From Spirochaetia bacterium (GTDB lineage: Bacteria; Spirochaetota; Spirochaetia; CADAEX01): a stretch of 64,000 bases of DNA. The stretch spans positions 70,836-134,835 of the forward strand of contig JAZURI010000011.1 in NCBI GenBank assembly GCA_045606105.1, given 5' to 3'. The position numbers and the translations under genes are program-made. Shown here piece by piece: positions 1-9,773 of this stretch; the first letter of the stretch is position 1; every line of letters starts with the position of its first letter. The notes under the pieces are model-generated. The model worked only from the letters and a program-made list of their open reading frames with translations. It was not told where the DNA came from and ran no database searches.

Positions 1-4
1 AAAA

Positions 5-934
5 ATGGAAACAACAGCTGATCTCATCATAGCGGGAGCAGGCCCGGCCGGTCTTTCCGCGGCTCAGTACGGTGCAAGGGCAAATCTCCGTACCATAGTA
101 CTGGAAGAGGCTTCGGTGGGAGGGCAGAGTCTCCAGATTACCGAACTTGAAAATTATCCCGGTTTTGACAGACCTGTCACCGGACAGGAGCTGGCAGAGC
201 ACATGCGCCGCCAGGCTGAGAATTTCGGCGTCAGCTTTCTCTCCGCTTCGGTGATATCCGTAAGCAAGGAAGGTGACATCATCACTGTCAGGACCGATTC
301 CGGAACACTTACCGCCTATGCCCTGATAATTGCCACCGGAGCCACCCACAGGAAGCTTGGGGTAAAGGGAGAAGCAGAATTTACCGGAAGAGGGGTTTCC
401 TACTGTGCCTCCTGCGACGGAGCTTTTTTCAGGGACAGGAAGATACTGGTAATAGGGGGAGGCGATTCTGCCTGTGCGGAGGCCCTCTACCTTTCAAATC
501 TCTCGGACAGGATAATAATGATTCACAGAAAAGATCGTTTCCGTGCCCAGAAAGCCCTGGCCGACCGGGTTCTTGCCAACAGGAACATAGAGGTACGCTT
601 CAATACCGTATGCAGGGAAATAACCGGAAGCATGGGGGTGGAGGGAGTCGTACTTGAGGAAAACGGCATAAGCTACAGCCAGGATACAGATGCGGTTTTC
701 ATATTCACCGGTACGGTTCCCAGAAGCGAAAGCTTTCCGGACCTTGAAAAGGAGAGCAGCGGAGCCATTATCACGGACGAAAGGATGGAGACCTCGGTAA
801 AGGGAATCTTTGCTGCAGGCGATGTGAGGAACACCCCTTTCAGACAGGTGGTTACAGCCTGCGGAGACGGAGCCGTGGCAGCCCATTATGCCGGTGAGCA
901 TGTCTACGGGATAAAAGGGGAAGCCTACATCTGA
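5..934 (+). CDS. trxB: thioredoxin-disulfide reductase
   Basis: N-terminal FAD-binding GxGxxG (IIAGAGPAG), redox-active CASC motif (CASCDGAFF), second dinucleotide fold (VIGGGDSA); length 309 aa typical of TrxB. Confidence 0.9.
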   Translation: METTADLIIAGAGPAGLSAAQYGARANLRTIVLEEASVGGQSLQITELENYPGFDRPVTGQELAEHMRRQAENFGVSFLSASVISVSKEGDIITVRTDSGTLTAYALIIATGATHRKLGVKGEAEFTGRGVSYCASCDGAFFRDRKILVIGGGDSACAEALYLSNLSDRIIMIHRKDRFRAQKALADRVLANRNIEVRFNTVCREITGSMGVEGVVLEENGISYSQDTDAVFIFTGTVPRSESFPDLEKESSGAIITDERMETSVKGIFAAGDVRNTPFRQVVTACGDGAVAAHYAGEHVYGIKGEAYI

Positions 935-935
935 A

Positions 936-1805
936 ATGAGCTGGATACTTACAGAGGATTTCTTTGCATCTCCGCTGCACCGGGAGCTGAAGGCCTTTCT
1001 TACAGCCGAGGAATACAGCTGCATTGACATTACATCCCTTCTGGCCGCCCCGGACTACAATGATAAAAAGGGTGAATATACCCTTCTTGTACATGTGAGG
1101 GACAACGGAAGCCCGGATGCCGTCATATTCATTACAGCCTTCGGGAAGATGATCCCGGTTTTTGCCGATGATTTCCTGTACAGAAGAAGATATACGGAGG
1201 AGCTGCTCCGGCTGGCAGGAGAACGGCTGGAAACAGTTACGGTGATTTCAGGCAAGCCCAGGGCAGTTGAAACCGCGGCACGGGAATTCAATCCCATGGG
1301 AAACCGTATTTTCATCGATTACTACATAATGCAGCTCAGGAAGGAGAATCTTGTCCGGCCGGCCGCTGCCGAAAACACCAGGGCCCACAAGGGCTCCCTG
1401 GTTCACCTCCCCTTTCTCATACCGCTGCAGAAGGAGTATGAAATGGAGGAGGTGCTTCTGAATCCCGACTATTTTGACCAGATGGAATCAATCCGGTGGC
1501 TGAAGGCAATACTGACCAGGGAAATATGCTTTTATTCCATGACCGGACTGAAGTATACCTCCAAGGCCAATACCAATGCCAGGGGCTTCTGCCATTTCCA
1601 GATAGGGGGAGTCTTTACCCACAGGGACTTCAGGGGCCGTGGAATAGGAAAAAATACCGTCCATGCCCTGTGCAGCCACATTTTCTCACACCACGACATG
1701 CATGTATCACTTTTCGTCAAGCAGGACAACGCCTCTGCCATAAAGGCATATACAGACCTGGGTTTCAGGAACATGAACAGGATGAGAACTATCTATTATT
1801 ACTGA
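936..1805 (+). CDS. GNAT-family acetyltransferase domain protein
   Basis: C-terminal GNAT acetyl-CoA-binding motif (HRDFRGRGIGKNTVHALC); starts 2 nt after the trxB stop. Confidence 0.5.
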   Translation: MSWILTEDFFASPLHRELKAFLTAEEYSCIDITSLLAAPDYNDKKGEYTLLVHVRDNGSPDAVIFITAFGKMIPVFADDFLYRRRYTEELLRLAGERLETVTVISGKPRAVETAAREFNPMGNRIFIDYYIMQLRKENLVRPAAAENTRAHKGSLVHLPFLIPLQKEYEMEEVLLNPDYFDQMESIRWLKAILTREICFYSMTGLKYTSKANTNARGFCHFQIGGVFTHRDFRGRGIGKNTVHALCSHIFSHHDMHVSLFVKQDNASAIKAYTDLGFRNMNRMRTIYYY

Positions 1806-1816
1806 TTTATCCGATA

Positions 1817-2326
1817 TTACCAGCGGTTGAAGGAAATGACCTGATCGGTGCTTTTTCTTGCCTGCTTCCGGTTTTCATCATCTTTCTCCCCCACAACAAG
1901 CAGCATTACCGCCCGCATGGAATAAGGAAGACTGAGAATCTTCATGACAGAGGACTCGTTGAAGGTGGTAATGACACAGCTGCCGTACCCCTCCTTTTCG
2001 GCCTGAAGCATCATGAACGAAACTGCAAATGAAATATCAATGGGATATGAAAGCTGACCGTTGGGCATGACATATTCCACATTTGTGGAGCAGGCCACGA
2101 TTACCGCACCGGCATCCCGCACATGTGACTGACCGTATGCAGCCTCTGCTATCCTTTCCTTGAGCTCAGGATTATCTATAACCACAAAACGCCACGGCTG
2201 ACGGTTCTTGGCCGACGGAGCAAGCCTTCCGGCTTCGAGAATTCTGCTTAATTTTGAAGGATCCAGCTCTGTTTTCTTGAATTTTCTGACACTGGACCGA
2301 TTTTCAATTTCTGGCAACAGTCCCAT
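1817..2326 (-). CDS. nitroreductase family protein
   Basis: N-terminal SVRKF...LAPSAKNRQPWRFVVI motif characteristic of the NfsA/NfsB-like nitroreductase fold. Confidence 0.8.
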   Translation of the reverse strand: MGLLPEIENRSSVRKFKKTELDPSKLSRILEAGRLAPSAKNRQPWRFVVIDNPELKERIAEAAYGQSHVRDAGAVIVACSTNVEYVMPNGQLSYPIDISFAVSFMMLQAEKEGYGSCVITTFNESSVMKILSLPYSMRAVMLLVVGEKDDENRKQARKSTDQVISFNRW

Positions 2327-2361
2327 AATTCATTATAATCCTTTATTTTATTTGTAGTCAA

Positions 2362-3462
2362 TCATCTGAACTGCTCCGGCGGATTGAAAAGCTCCTTTAC
2401 CGAATCGATGGCAAAGGTATCTGTCATTCCCGAAACATAATCCTGGATAATGTTTTCATGGCTTTTTTCCACATTCATGTAAAAATTTTTCATTTTACCC
2501 AGATAATGACCGAATTCTCCTGCCAGTGTCGTTTTTTCAGAAGCATATTTTTCGGTATCAAAGCCGTGCCTGTCAAAGATTTCCGAAAGATAGTGCCACA
2601 GGGTACGGATAATCCTTTCGATATACTGATGATAGTTCACCAGATGACTGCTGGTATATATCCTACTGATATTGAACTTGTGGAGGCTCAGCATTGCCTC
2701 GTAGACAGGGTCTGAAAAACCTATCATTCCATGGGTTCCGGCATTGGTTATGACATCCTTCACCATGGTATCTATCATTTCTCCGTTCTTGGCACCGAGA
2801 TTCTTCAGTACAGGAGCCGGAATATCATCCTTGCTGACAATCCTGAGGCTTATAGCATCCTCCAGGTCCCTGCCCATATAGGCTATCTTATCCGACATCC
2901 TGACCACTATTCCCTCCCAGGTACACGGAAGAAAGGTTCTGGTCCTGATACCGTCCAGCTCTGCCGGCCGGGATGAAGGGGAAAGAAACTGCTCGAACTT
3001 CTCGCCGCAGTGATTGATTATTCCGTCCCTTACCCCGTAGGAGAGGTTGATTCCCTTTCCGTCGTTGATAAGATAATCCACCACCCTGAGGGAATTTATC
3101 TCGTGACAGAAGCCGTAACCGCCGTTTTTCCTTATAAGATCTGAAATTATGCTCTCTCCGGTATGACCGAAGGGGGTATGTCCCAGATCGTGCCCCACGC
3201 TGATGGCCCATGCCAGGTCCGTATTGAGCCCCAGCTTGTTGCAGATGGTTACCGCAATGGTGGCCACATGCATCACATGCTCGATTCTTGTACAGATATG
3301 ATCGTTCTGAGGAGCAAAGAAAACCTGTGTCTTGTGCTTCAGTCTTCTGAAGGGATATGAATGGATTATGGCTGTCAGGTCACGGAAAAAAGGCTCCCGC
3401 ACATCATCTGCACGGGAGTCTCTGCGTCTGTATAAATCCTTGAGATCTATATGATTCTGCAT
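2362..3462 (-). CDS. dGTPase-like HD-domain phosphohydrolase
   Basis: HD motif (HVMHVATIA ... VGHDLGHTPFGHTGE) typical of the dGTP triphosphohydrolase-like family; 366 aa. Confidence 0.8.
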   Translation of the reverse strand: MQNHIDLKDLYRRRDSRADDVREPFFRDLTAIIHSYPFRRLKHKTQVFFAPQNDHICTRIEHVMHVATIAVTICNKLGLNTDLAWAISVGHDLGHTPFGHTGESIISDLIRKNGGYGFCHEINSLRVVDYLINDGKGINLSYGVRDGIINHCGEKFEQFLSPSSRPAELDGIRTRTFLPCTWEGIVVRMSDKIAYMGRDLEDAISLRIVSKDDIPAPVLKNLGAKNGEMIDTMVKDVITNAGTHGMIGFSDPVYEAMLSLHKFNISRIYTSSHLVNYHQYIERIIRTLWHYLSEIFDRHGFDTEKYASEKTTLAGEFGHYLGKMKNFYMNVEKSHENIIQDYVSGMTDTFAIDSVKELFNPPEQFR

Positions 3463-3467
3463 CTTTA

Positions 3468-4532
3468 TCAGAATGAAATACCGCCGACAACACCTGCGGA
3501 GCAGCTGATTGCATCTTCAAAATAGATTGCGAAAGGAACCTCAAGATGTACCGGACCGAGAGAGAGTCCCAGACCTGCCATAGCCTTGAATCTGATGAAA
3601 TCATCATCGCCCTCAACCTTTCCGGAAGCGCTTACATCTCCCTGAAGAGCATCCCACCCTGAACCTGTTCCGTCATCGTAGCGGATAATACCCTTACCGG
3701 TATATTCAAGCTCGCTGTCTCTTCCGAACATGATATCGGCACCGAGACCTGCGTAAACATCAAGAACCTTCAAAGCGCTTACACCTGTGATGATTTCAAC
3801 AGGAACAACAAATCCTGAAACCTCTGCCTTTGTTTCAAGCTCAGGCTTCATGTTGATCTTCTTTGTTATGGAACCGTCTGTCCATGAATGGGAGATACTT
3901 CCGAGACCGTCATCCTTCCAGTCCATTTCACTGTGATAATAGGTAAGTCCGGCACCCACATTGATACCGTTCCATCCGAAGCCTAACTTTGAAGCAGGCT
4001 TGATAAGCTGATAGTTGACCATGACACCGAACAGATGGGATTCAAAATCGATATCCTCGGCCTCCATTGTTGACTTTCCTGCCTTGAGAGTAACATAAAG
4101 TCCCTTCTCCATTCCCAGCATGTGTCCCAGGTTGAAGCCTACTGTTCCCACAAGAGCCTGAAGACCGGCACCTGCATAGATATCACCCTTGCTGTGGTAA
4201 TCATCCAGAAATTCATCAATACCGGTATCATCGAAAACAACAGCTCCGTTGCAGGCAAGACTTACGGAAATCCACTTGTAGTCCATTGCAGACCTGAGAT
4301 ATCCGCCGTCGGAAGCATAAGCTGATGCATTCCCGAGACCTCTGGCTACATCCTCGGCTTCTCCGTATTTATTGAAGAATTCGCCGAATTCACTGTTAAT
4401 ATCATCAATACGGCTTGTAATATCTGTCTCAATACCCCAGCCGCTGTCAGGAAGAGTGATATGGAAATCTGCCGCAGAGGCTGTTCCGGCTGCAAAAAAC
4501 AGAATAAAAAGAACTGCCAAAAACTTTTTCAC
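3468..4532 (-). CDS. putative outer-membrane beta-barrel protein
   Basis: Signal peptide MKKFLAVLFILFFAAGTASAA, glycine/aromatic-rich alternating segments, C-terminal aromatic residue (…GGISF). Confidence 0.5.
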   Translation of the reverse strand: MKKFLAVLFILFFAAGTASAADFHITLPDSGWGIETDITSRIDDINSEFGEFFNKYGEAEDVARGLGNASAYASDGGYLRSAMDYKWISVSLACNGAVVFDDTGIDEFLDDYHSKGDIYAGAGLQALVGTVGFNLGHMLGMEKGLYVTLKAGKSTMEAEDIDFESHLFGVMVNYQLIKPASKLGFGWNGINVGAGLTYYHSEMDWKDDGLGSISHSWTDGSITKKINMKPELETKAEVSGFVVPVEIITGVSALKVLDVYAGLGADIMFGRDSELEYTGKGIIRYDDGTGSGWDALQGDVSASGKVEGDDDFIRFKAMAGLGLSLGPVHLEVPFAIYFEDAISCSAGVVGGISF

Positions 4533-4639
4533 ATTTTTCTCCTTTTATCAGTTTGTGTACTTCTATATTATACATTCATTTATTTAAAACTCAAAGTATT
4601 TTGTTGTTTTTTAGTAAAAATTATTATATATATAAAAAT

Positions 4640-5509
4640 ATGGATATAAACAGAATCATTTCCTCCACCGCAGACCGGCTGGAGGAGAGCATAACAAAAA
4701 AATATCATGTGGAAACCAGCGAAGAGCTGGGCTTTTCGGGAAGACAGGGTGTCTATGAAATCCTGGACAACATCCTTTCCATCCTTTTTCCGGGCTGTTA
4801 CAGCGAGAACAAGATAAGAGAGGGGGAAATCAACTACTTCCTCAATGAAAAGCTCCGCTTTATCAGCTACCGCTTTCTCAGGTACATAAAGGACTGTCTC
4901 AAATACAACTGTCAGGAAGCAAGATGCAACAGCTGCTGCTGCAACGAAAGAGCCGAAGCCATACTGGCCCGTTTCCTCGAGGCACTTCCCAGCATAAGAA
5001 ATCTTCTCATTACAGATATCAATGCTGCAAAGAACGGAGACCCTGCGGCAGAATCACTGGATGAGATTGTTTTCAGCTACCCTTTTCTTGAGGCCATAGC
5101 TACTCACCGCATTGCCCATGTCCTTTATAACGAAAAGCTTCCTATCATTCCGAGAATGATGAGTGAAAGGGCCCACTCCAGAACCGGAATCGACATTCAT
5201 CCCGGTGCCTCCATCGGAGAAAGCTTCTTTATCGACCACGGGACAGGTGTGGTAATCGGCGAGACCACCACCATAGGAAACAGGGTAAAGATATATCAGG
5301 GTGTGACATTGGGAGCCCTTTCCCCTTTCGACAAGAAGGGAGCACCGCTGGTGGGAAAGAAAAGGCATCCTGACATACAGGATGATGTGATCATCTATGC
5401 CAATGCCACTATTCTGGGAGGAAGCACCGTCATAGGGGCCGGCTCCATTATCGGCGGTAACACCTGGATAACAAAATCGGTTCCCCCTAACAGCATGGTT
5501 TACAAATAA
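4640..5509 (+). CDS. cysE: serine O-acetyltransferase
   Basis: Left-handed beta-helix hexapeptide repeats (DIHPGASIGESFFIDHGTGVVIGETTTIGNRVKIYQGVTLGA). The start was moved to the internal ATG (MDINRI) because the ORF-track N-terminal extension is AT-rich leader. Confidence 0.8.
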   Translation: MDINRIISSTADRLEESITKKYHVETSEELGFSGRQGVYEILDNILSILFPGCYSENKIREGEINYFLNEKLRFISYRFLRYIKDCLKYNCQEARCNSCCCNERAEAILARFLEALPSIRNLLITDINAAKNGDPAAESLDEIVFSYPFLEAIATHRIAHVLYNEKLPIIPRMMSERAHSRTGIDIHPGASIGESFFIDHGTGVVIGETTTIGNRVKIYQGVTLGALSPFDKKGAPLVGKKRHPDIQDDVIIYANATILGGSTVIGAGSIIGGNTWITKSVPPNSMVYK

Positions 5510-6213
5510 GGGTCAAATTCCCTGTATTCACCGGGTCCCAGGGCAGAATCCAGCTCCCAGGGGCCTATTTTTTTTCTTATGAGCCTGACAACATTGTTTT
5601 CCATGACAGAAAACATCCGTCGTACCTGCCTGAACTTCCCCTCCTCCACCGTTACGGTACAGAAGAAGCTGTTTTTCCACTCAAGAACCGCACTTTTACA
5701 AAGAAAAGCTTTTCCCTTCTTCTCTTCCGGCAGATAAAGCCCTTCCCTGAATTTTTCCGTATATTCCATCTGCTCCCAGGGTGAGACACCGAATTCCAGC
5801 TCCACCTCGTAGGTCTTGGAAACAGAAGCCTCCGGAGAGGTTATGTAATGGGAAAAGCTGCCGTTGTCGGTAAGCAGGAGAAGCCCCTCGGAATCCTTGT
5901 CCAGGCGCCCTACCGTAAAAAGGGAACCGTATCTTTCATCCAGCAGGGAAAAGACTGTGGGACTCCGGTCTGAAACGGTGGAACAGACATAACCGGCCGG
6001 CTTGTTCATCATGAGATAGGTATAGCGGGGATTGGGAATCCCGGTTCCGTTTACAAGAACCTCATCCCGTTCCGGATCCAAAGCATAATTCCAGTCGGTA
6101 ATCCGGATACCGTTGACTGAAACCAGGTTCTTTTCAAGAAAGCTGTATGCCCTCCTGGGAGAGCATACCTTACGTTCAGATAAAAAATGTCTGAGAGGCT
6201 CTTCTATCCGCAT
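5500..6213 (-). CDS. rsuA: 16S rRNA pseudouridine synthase (RsuA family)
   Basis: N-terminal S4 domain followed by the catalytic GRLDKDSEGLLLLTDNG motif; recalled E. coli RsuA (MRLDKF…) shows the start at MRIEEPL (6213) rather than the ORF-track start at 6315. Confidence 0.75.
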   Translation of the reverse strand: MRIEEPLRHFLSERKVCSPRRAYSFLEKNLVSVNGIRITDWNYALDPERDEVLVNGTGIPNPRYTYLMMNKPAGYVCSTVSDRSPTVFSLLDERYGSLFTVGRLDKDSEGLLLLTDNGSFSHYITSPEASVSKTYEVELEFGVSPWEQMEYTEKFREGLYLPEEKKGKAFLCKSAVLEWKNSFFCTVTVEEGKFRQVRRMFSVMENNVVRLIRKKIGPWELDSALGPGEYREFDPYL

Positions 6214-6742
6214 ATTTTTCCATAAGATGTAAAGCAAGAGGTAAAACACATAACTGCAGGATAAGTCCGGGATAACCGGCCCTGACTGCAGCCCAGACCA
6301 TTTCGGCCGGTGCATCGGTCAGGAGAAGGATACAGCCCAGATAAAGGATCCTTCCCGCAAGCTGTGCCCAGAGGACCTTGAAAAAGAGAGGAATGCGTAC
6401 ATTGTATACGATTCCGGCCATAAGCCCCAGGGAAGCAAGTTCAGCCATCATGAACGGAACTTTTGCCGCCTCAGGCATACCTGAAATCAGGCAGCTGACA
6501 ACCGGGCTGGCTGCTCCGATGATTCCTCCGGCAACGGGACCGGCTGCAATACCGGCTATTATTACCGGGATATGCATAGGGAGCCAGGTCTTCCCGGGAA
6601 ATGCTCCCGTGCCGGTAAGTACACCGGCAAGATGAAAGAGCTGGGGAAGAAGAACTGCGGCTGTCACGGCCAGCAGGGCTGTGACAGTCTGCTTCCGCAG
6701 GGAAGGAAATGGCTTCTCCGTAAAGATTGAGGAAAAGGTCAT
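6176..6742 (-). CDS. small polytopic membrane protein (ECF S-component/BioY-like)
   Basis: 188 aa and almost entirely hydrophobic, with G/A/P-rich helices (IIAGIAAGPVAGGIIGAASP); the family assignment is tentative. Confidence 0.45.
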   Translation of the reverse strand: MTFSSIFTEKPFPSLRKQTVTALLAVTAAVLLPQLFHLAGVLTGTGAFPGKTWLPMHIPVIIAGIAAGPVAGGIIGAASPVVSCLISGMPEAAKVPFMMAELASLGLMAGIVYNVRIPLFFKVLWAQLAGRILYLGCILLLTDAPAEMVWAAVRAGYPGLILQLCVLPLALHLMEKYADRRASQTFFI

Positions 6743-6756
6743 GGATTCTTATCCTG

Positions 6757-7128
6757 TTATTTTGCAGCCCAGAGGCTGTGAAGGTTGCAGTATTCGTAAA
6801 CTGCCACGATCTCATCATCATCCATGAGAGCGAAAACTGCTTCAGGCTTGTCACCCGGCTTCAGGATTTTTCTCTGGTTTCCGTTCTTTGTCTGGAGTGC
6901 AATCCACTGGATATAGTGTTCTTCAGCCATAGGATGTTCAACGGAACCGATTTTTACTGTTACCTTGTTTCCCTCTTTTGTAACTACAGGAACATGTTTT
7001 TCCTGTGCTGCATCGGTGGTTCCCGGAACAAGCAGCTGCATTGCCTCGCCGCAGCAGATTGTAGGAACAGGTGTCTCGTTAACCATTGCAACGATTTTTC
7101 CGCAGATTCTGCATCTATAAAATTTCAT
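6757..7128 (-). CDS. dfx: desulfoferrodoxin (superoxide reductase)
   Basis: N-terminal desulforedoxin CxxC…CC (MKFYRCRICGKIV…ICCGEAM) plus the C-terminal SOR domain; the start was placed at MEMKFY, the internal ATG. Confidence 0.8.
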   Translation of the reverse strand: MKFYRCRICGKIVAMVNETPVPTICCGEAMQLLVPGTTDAAQEKHVPVVTKEGNKVTVKIGSVEHPMAEEHYIQWIALQTKNGNQRKILKPGDKPEAVFALMDDDEIVAVYEYCNLHSLWAAK

Positions 7129-7190
7129 TTCCATAATATTCTCCTTATATTTATAGAATAAATAAAACAATCCGAAATTGCAAGCTTTTT

Positions 7191-7598
7191 TTACTTGTCA
7201 AGACGACCGTTGTAATCAAGGATTCCTCCGATTTCTATAACCTTGGTATATCCCATTTCCGCCAGCTTACGGGACGCCTCCTTGCTTCTCCGACCGCTTC
7301 TGCAGTAGACATATACCTCCGTTCCCTTGTCGGGAATAAGCTTTTCTGCCTTGGCAAGGGACATTGTCTCATTTGTGAGAAGAAGAGCCCCGGGAATGTG
7401 TCCCCCCTTATATTCATCGGGACGGCGTACATCCAGAAGGACAAAATCCTCTGACTCTGCCATCATTTTCATTCCCGAGGCCATGGAGACCGACTTGAAG
7501 GAGGCCTTTTCCCCTTTGTTTTTTCCGGCATGGCAGCCGCTGAATATACAGACTGCCAGAAACAGCACCAGAACTACGATAATAAGATTCTTTGTCAT
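7191..7598 (-). CDS. rhodanese-domain lipoprotein
   Basis: Signal peptide with lipobox (…CIFSGC); rhodanese active-site loop YCRSGRRS preceded by VLLDVRRPDEY. Confidence 0.75.
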   Translation of the reverse strand: MTKNLIIVVLVLFLAVCIFSGCHAGKNKGEKASFKSVSMASGMKMMAESEDFVLLDVRRPDEYKGGHIPGALLLTNETMSLAKAEKLIPDKGTEVYVYCRSGRRSKEASRKLAEMGYTKVIEIGGILDYNGRLDK

Positions 7599-8866
7599 TT
7601 CTTACCTCTCATAAAATAATCTGCCACCGCCTCGTATGCCGGTATGGACAACGGGTCGATGTACTTGTTTGAAGCCAGCGGATTAGATGCAAAACGGACT
7701 ATAACCATCTCTGCCGCAGGATCGATATAAATAGCCTGTCCGTGAACACCTCTGGCCATATATGCTCCGTGGCTGTTGTTTGTTATCCACCACATGTTAT
7801 GGTAGCTCCAGCCTTCAAGAAGCGGATATTCCCCGGAATCGGCAAAAGCCTTCCGGCTTCCCCCTCCCGATACCTCAAGAACGGCTGCCTCAGGGATAAT
7901 CTGTTTCCGCCCCACTTTGCCTCCGTTTCTGAGCATTTCACCGAAGGCAGCCATATCACGGAGATTAAGGGAGAAGCCGCCGCCTGCCGATGCCTTTCCT
8001 GCAGGATCCACAAGGTAATATCCATCATGGCGGGCTCCCATAGGAATCCAGATTCTTTCCGAAATAAGCTCGGTAATACATTTTCCGGTAACCCTGGAGA
8101 TTATCCAGCCCATTACCTCTGTATTTACGGTCTTGTATCCGAATACAGCTCCGTGCTCCCGGTCCGGAAGCTTCTTTACTGTCTTCAGATACTCATAATA
8201 GTTTGCAGGCCCCTTGTATCCGGCAGGCCGGAACGGGTTACCGGCTGCGGAATAGGCCCAAACTTCAGCCTTCGGGTTGTTGTAATCCTCGCTGTAGCTG
8301 ACAGCGGAGGTCATGTTCAGCAGCTGCTGTACCGTTGCATCCCCGAAGCCTGAACCGGCCAGCTCGGGAAGATACTCCCTGACAAGCCGGGAAGGATCAA
8401 TCTTTCCCTCAGCTATGAGTATAGAAGCAAGAATCCCGGTGAAGGACTTGCTTACCGACATTGCGGCATGGGTTCCGTTACGGTTAAGCCCTGCCGGATA
8501 TTTTTCATAGACAATCTTTCCCTTGTGAAGAATGATTATTCCGTCCGTATAGTTCTTTTCAAGAGATTCCTCCCAGGTCATGGGATGCTCCGAATTCCAC
8601 GGAACAAAAGTGATTTCATCTATCCTGTTGTCAATGTTTTCCTTGAAAACATAATAATTTCCCTCAGCAGCCGGAACAGCCCTTGAAGGGAAAAACTCTC
8701 TCATGTGATTTACACTGTAACGAATTGCGGGAAACTCGAAAAAGGAGCCGTCCGATGCTGAAATTATCTTGTCTTTTTCAGGAGGGAAGCCCTTCATCCA
8801 GTCCTGTGCATAAATACTTTCCATACCTATACCTGCCATCAGAATAAAAGCAACAAATTTTTTCAT
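7595..8866 (-). CDS. serine hydrolase, beta-lactamase/transpeptidase-like family
   Basis: Signal peptide; SxxK active-site motif (AMSVSKSF); 423 aa is typical of class-C-like esterases. Confidence 0.8.
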   Translation of the reverse strand: MKKFVAFILMAGIGMESIYAQDWMKGFPPEKDKIISASDGSFFEFPAIRYSVNHMREFFPSRAVPAAEGNYYVFKENIDNRIDEITFVPWNSEHPMTWEESLEKNYTDGIIILHKGKIVYEKYPAGLNRNGTHAAMSVSKSFTGILASILIAEGKIDPSRLVREYLPELAGSGFGDATVQQLLNMTSAVSYSEDYNNPKAEVWAYSAAGNPFRPAGYKGPANYYEYLKTVKKLPDREHGAVFGYKTVNTEVMGWIISRVTGKCITELISERIWIPMGARHDGYYLVDPAGKASAGGGFSLNLRDMAAFGEMLRNGGKVGRKQIIPEAAVLEVSGGGSRKAFADSGEYPLLEGWSYHNMWWITNNSHGAYMARGVHGQAIYIDPAAEMVIVRFASNPLASNKYIDPLSIPAYEAVADYFMRGKK

Positions 8867-8911
8867 TTCCTGCCTCCTTACTTAAAAAATACTTACGGCA
8901 GGCAGATAGGG

Positions 8912-9772
8912 TCAACTTAAAAAGCTTTTTATCTTTCCGAGAATATTTTCTGCATCCCTGCGCCCAAGCTCATAGGTACGGAGAATCTTTCCCCGGTTTC
9001 TTTCGGTACGCCCGGCCTCAGGTTTTTCGGAAGGTCTGATAATGATGACGTTTCCCTTTCTTTCCTCTTCCTCAAGATAATCCAGCTGGGCATTGTAAAC
9101 GTTGTGCCTGTTTTCGACCGCCTTTACAAACTCGGGAAAAGCCTTGTAGATGAACCGTATCATCGGAAGCATGGAGTTCGGTTTCTTCCTGTAGCCCTTT
9201 TCCTGGGTCAGGATTACCACATTTTTTCCGTAGCCCATTTCCTGCATCTTCTTTATAGGGATGGAATCGGCAATTCCTCCGTCCAGATAGAAACGGTTAT
9301 CGATATTCACCACCGCCGCAGCCAGAGGCATGGATGATGAGGCCTGAAGCCATTTTATCTTTCTTCCCCGGAGAGAATCGCAGAGATGATAATCTGCTTT
9401 TCCGGTCTTTATATCTGTAGCAACTGTATAGAAAGGAACAGGATTGGCATCGAAGGTATCGTTGTCAAAAGGGTCCAGTTCATCGGGGAGCCTGTAGTAA
9501 CAGAACTTCACATTGAAATAATTTCCTGTGGTAAAAAGGGATTTGAGTCCCATGTATGCAGGATCGTTGCAGTAACGGGAGGTATATCTGACAGAACGGC
9601 CCGGCTGTCCCGAAAGATAGCTTGCGGCATGGATAGCTCCGGCAGAAACGCCCATTATTCCGTCAAAGGAGATTTTGTTCTCGGCAAAAACATCAAGAAC
9701 ACCGGCTGTATAGATACCCCTGTGGCCACCCCCTTCAAGGACAAGACCTGTTGAATTGACAAGCTGTTCCAA
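8912..9772 (-). CDS. patatin-like phospholipase
   Basis: Oxyanion GGGxRG (LEGGGHRG) and nucleophile GxSxG (GVSAGA) motifs. Confidence 0.8.
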   Translation of the reverse strand: MEQLVNSTGLVLEGGGHRGIYTAGVLDVFAENKISFDGIMGVSAGAIHAASYLSGQPGRSVRYTSRYCNDPAYMGLKSLFTTGNYFNVKFCYYRLPDELDPFDNDTFDANPVPFYTVATDIKTGKADYHLCDSLRGRKIKWLQASSSMPLAAAVVNIDNRFYLDGGIADSIPIKKMQEMGYGKNVVILTQEKGYRKKPNSMLPMIRFIYKAFPEFVKAVENRHNVYNAQLDYLEEEERKGNVIIIRPSEKPEAGRTERNRGKILRTYELGRRDAENILGKIKSFLS

Positions 9773-9773
9773 T

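Noticed and set aside
4553-4639. N-terminal extension of the cysE ORF (MCTSILYIHLFKTQSILLFF…)
   Set aside because: The extension lies in an AT-rich leader and promoter region, so the start was set at the internal ATG (MDINRI) at 4640.
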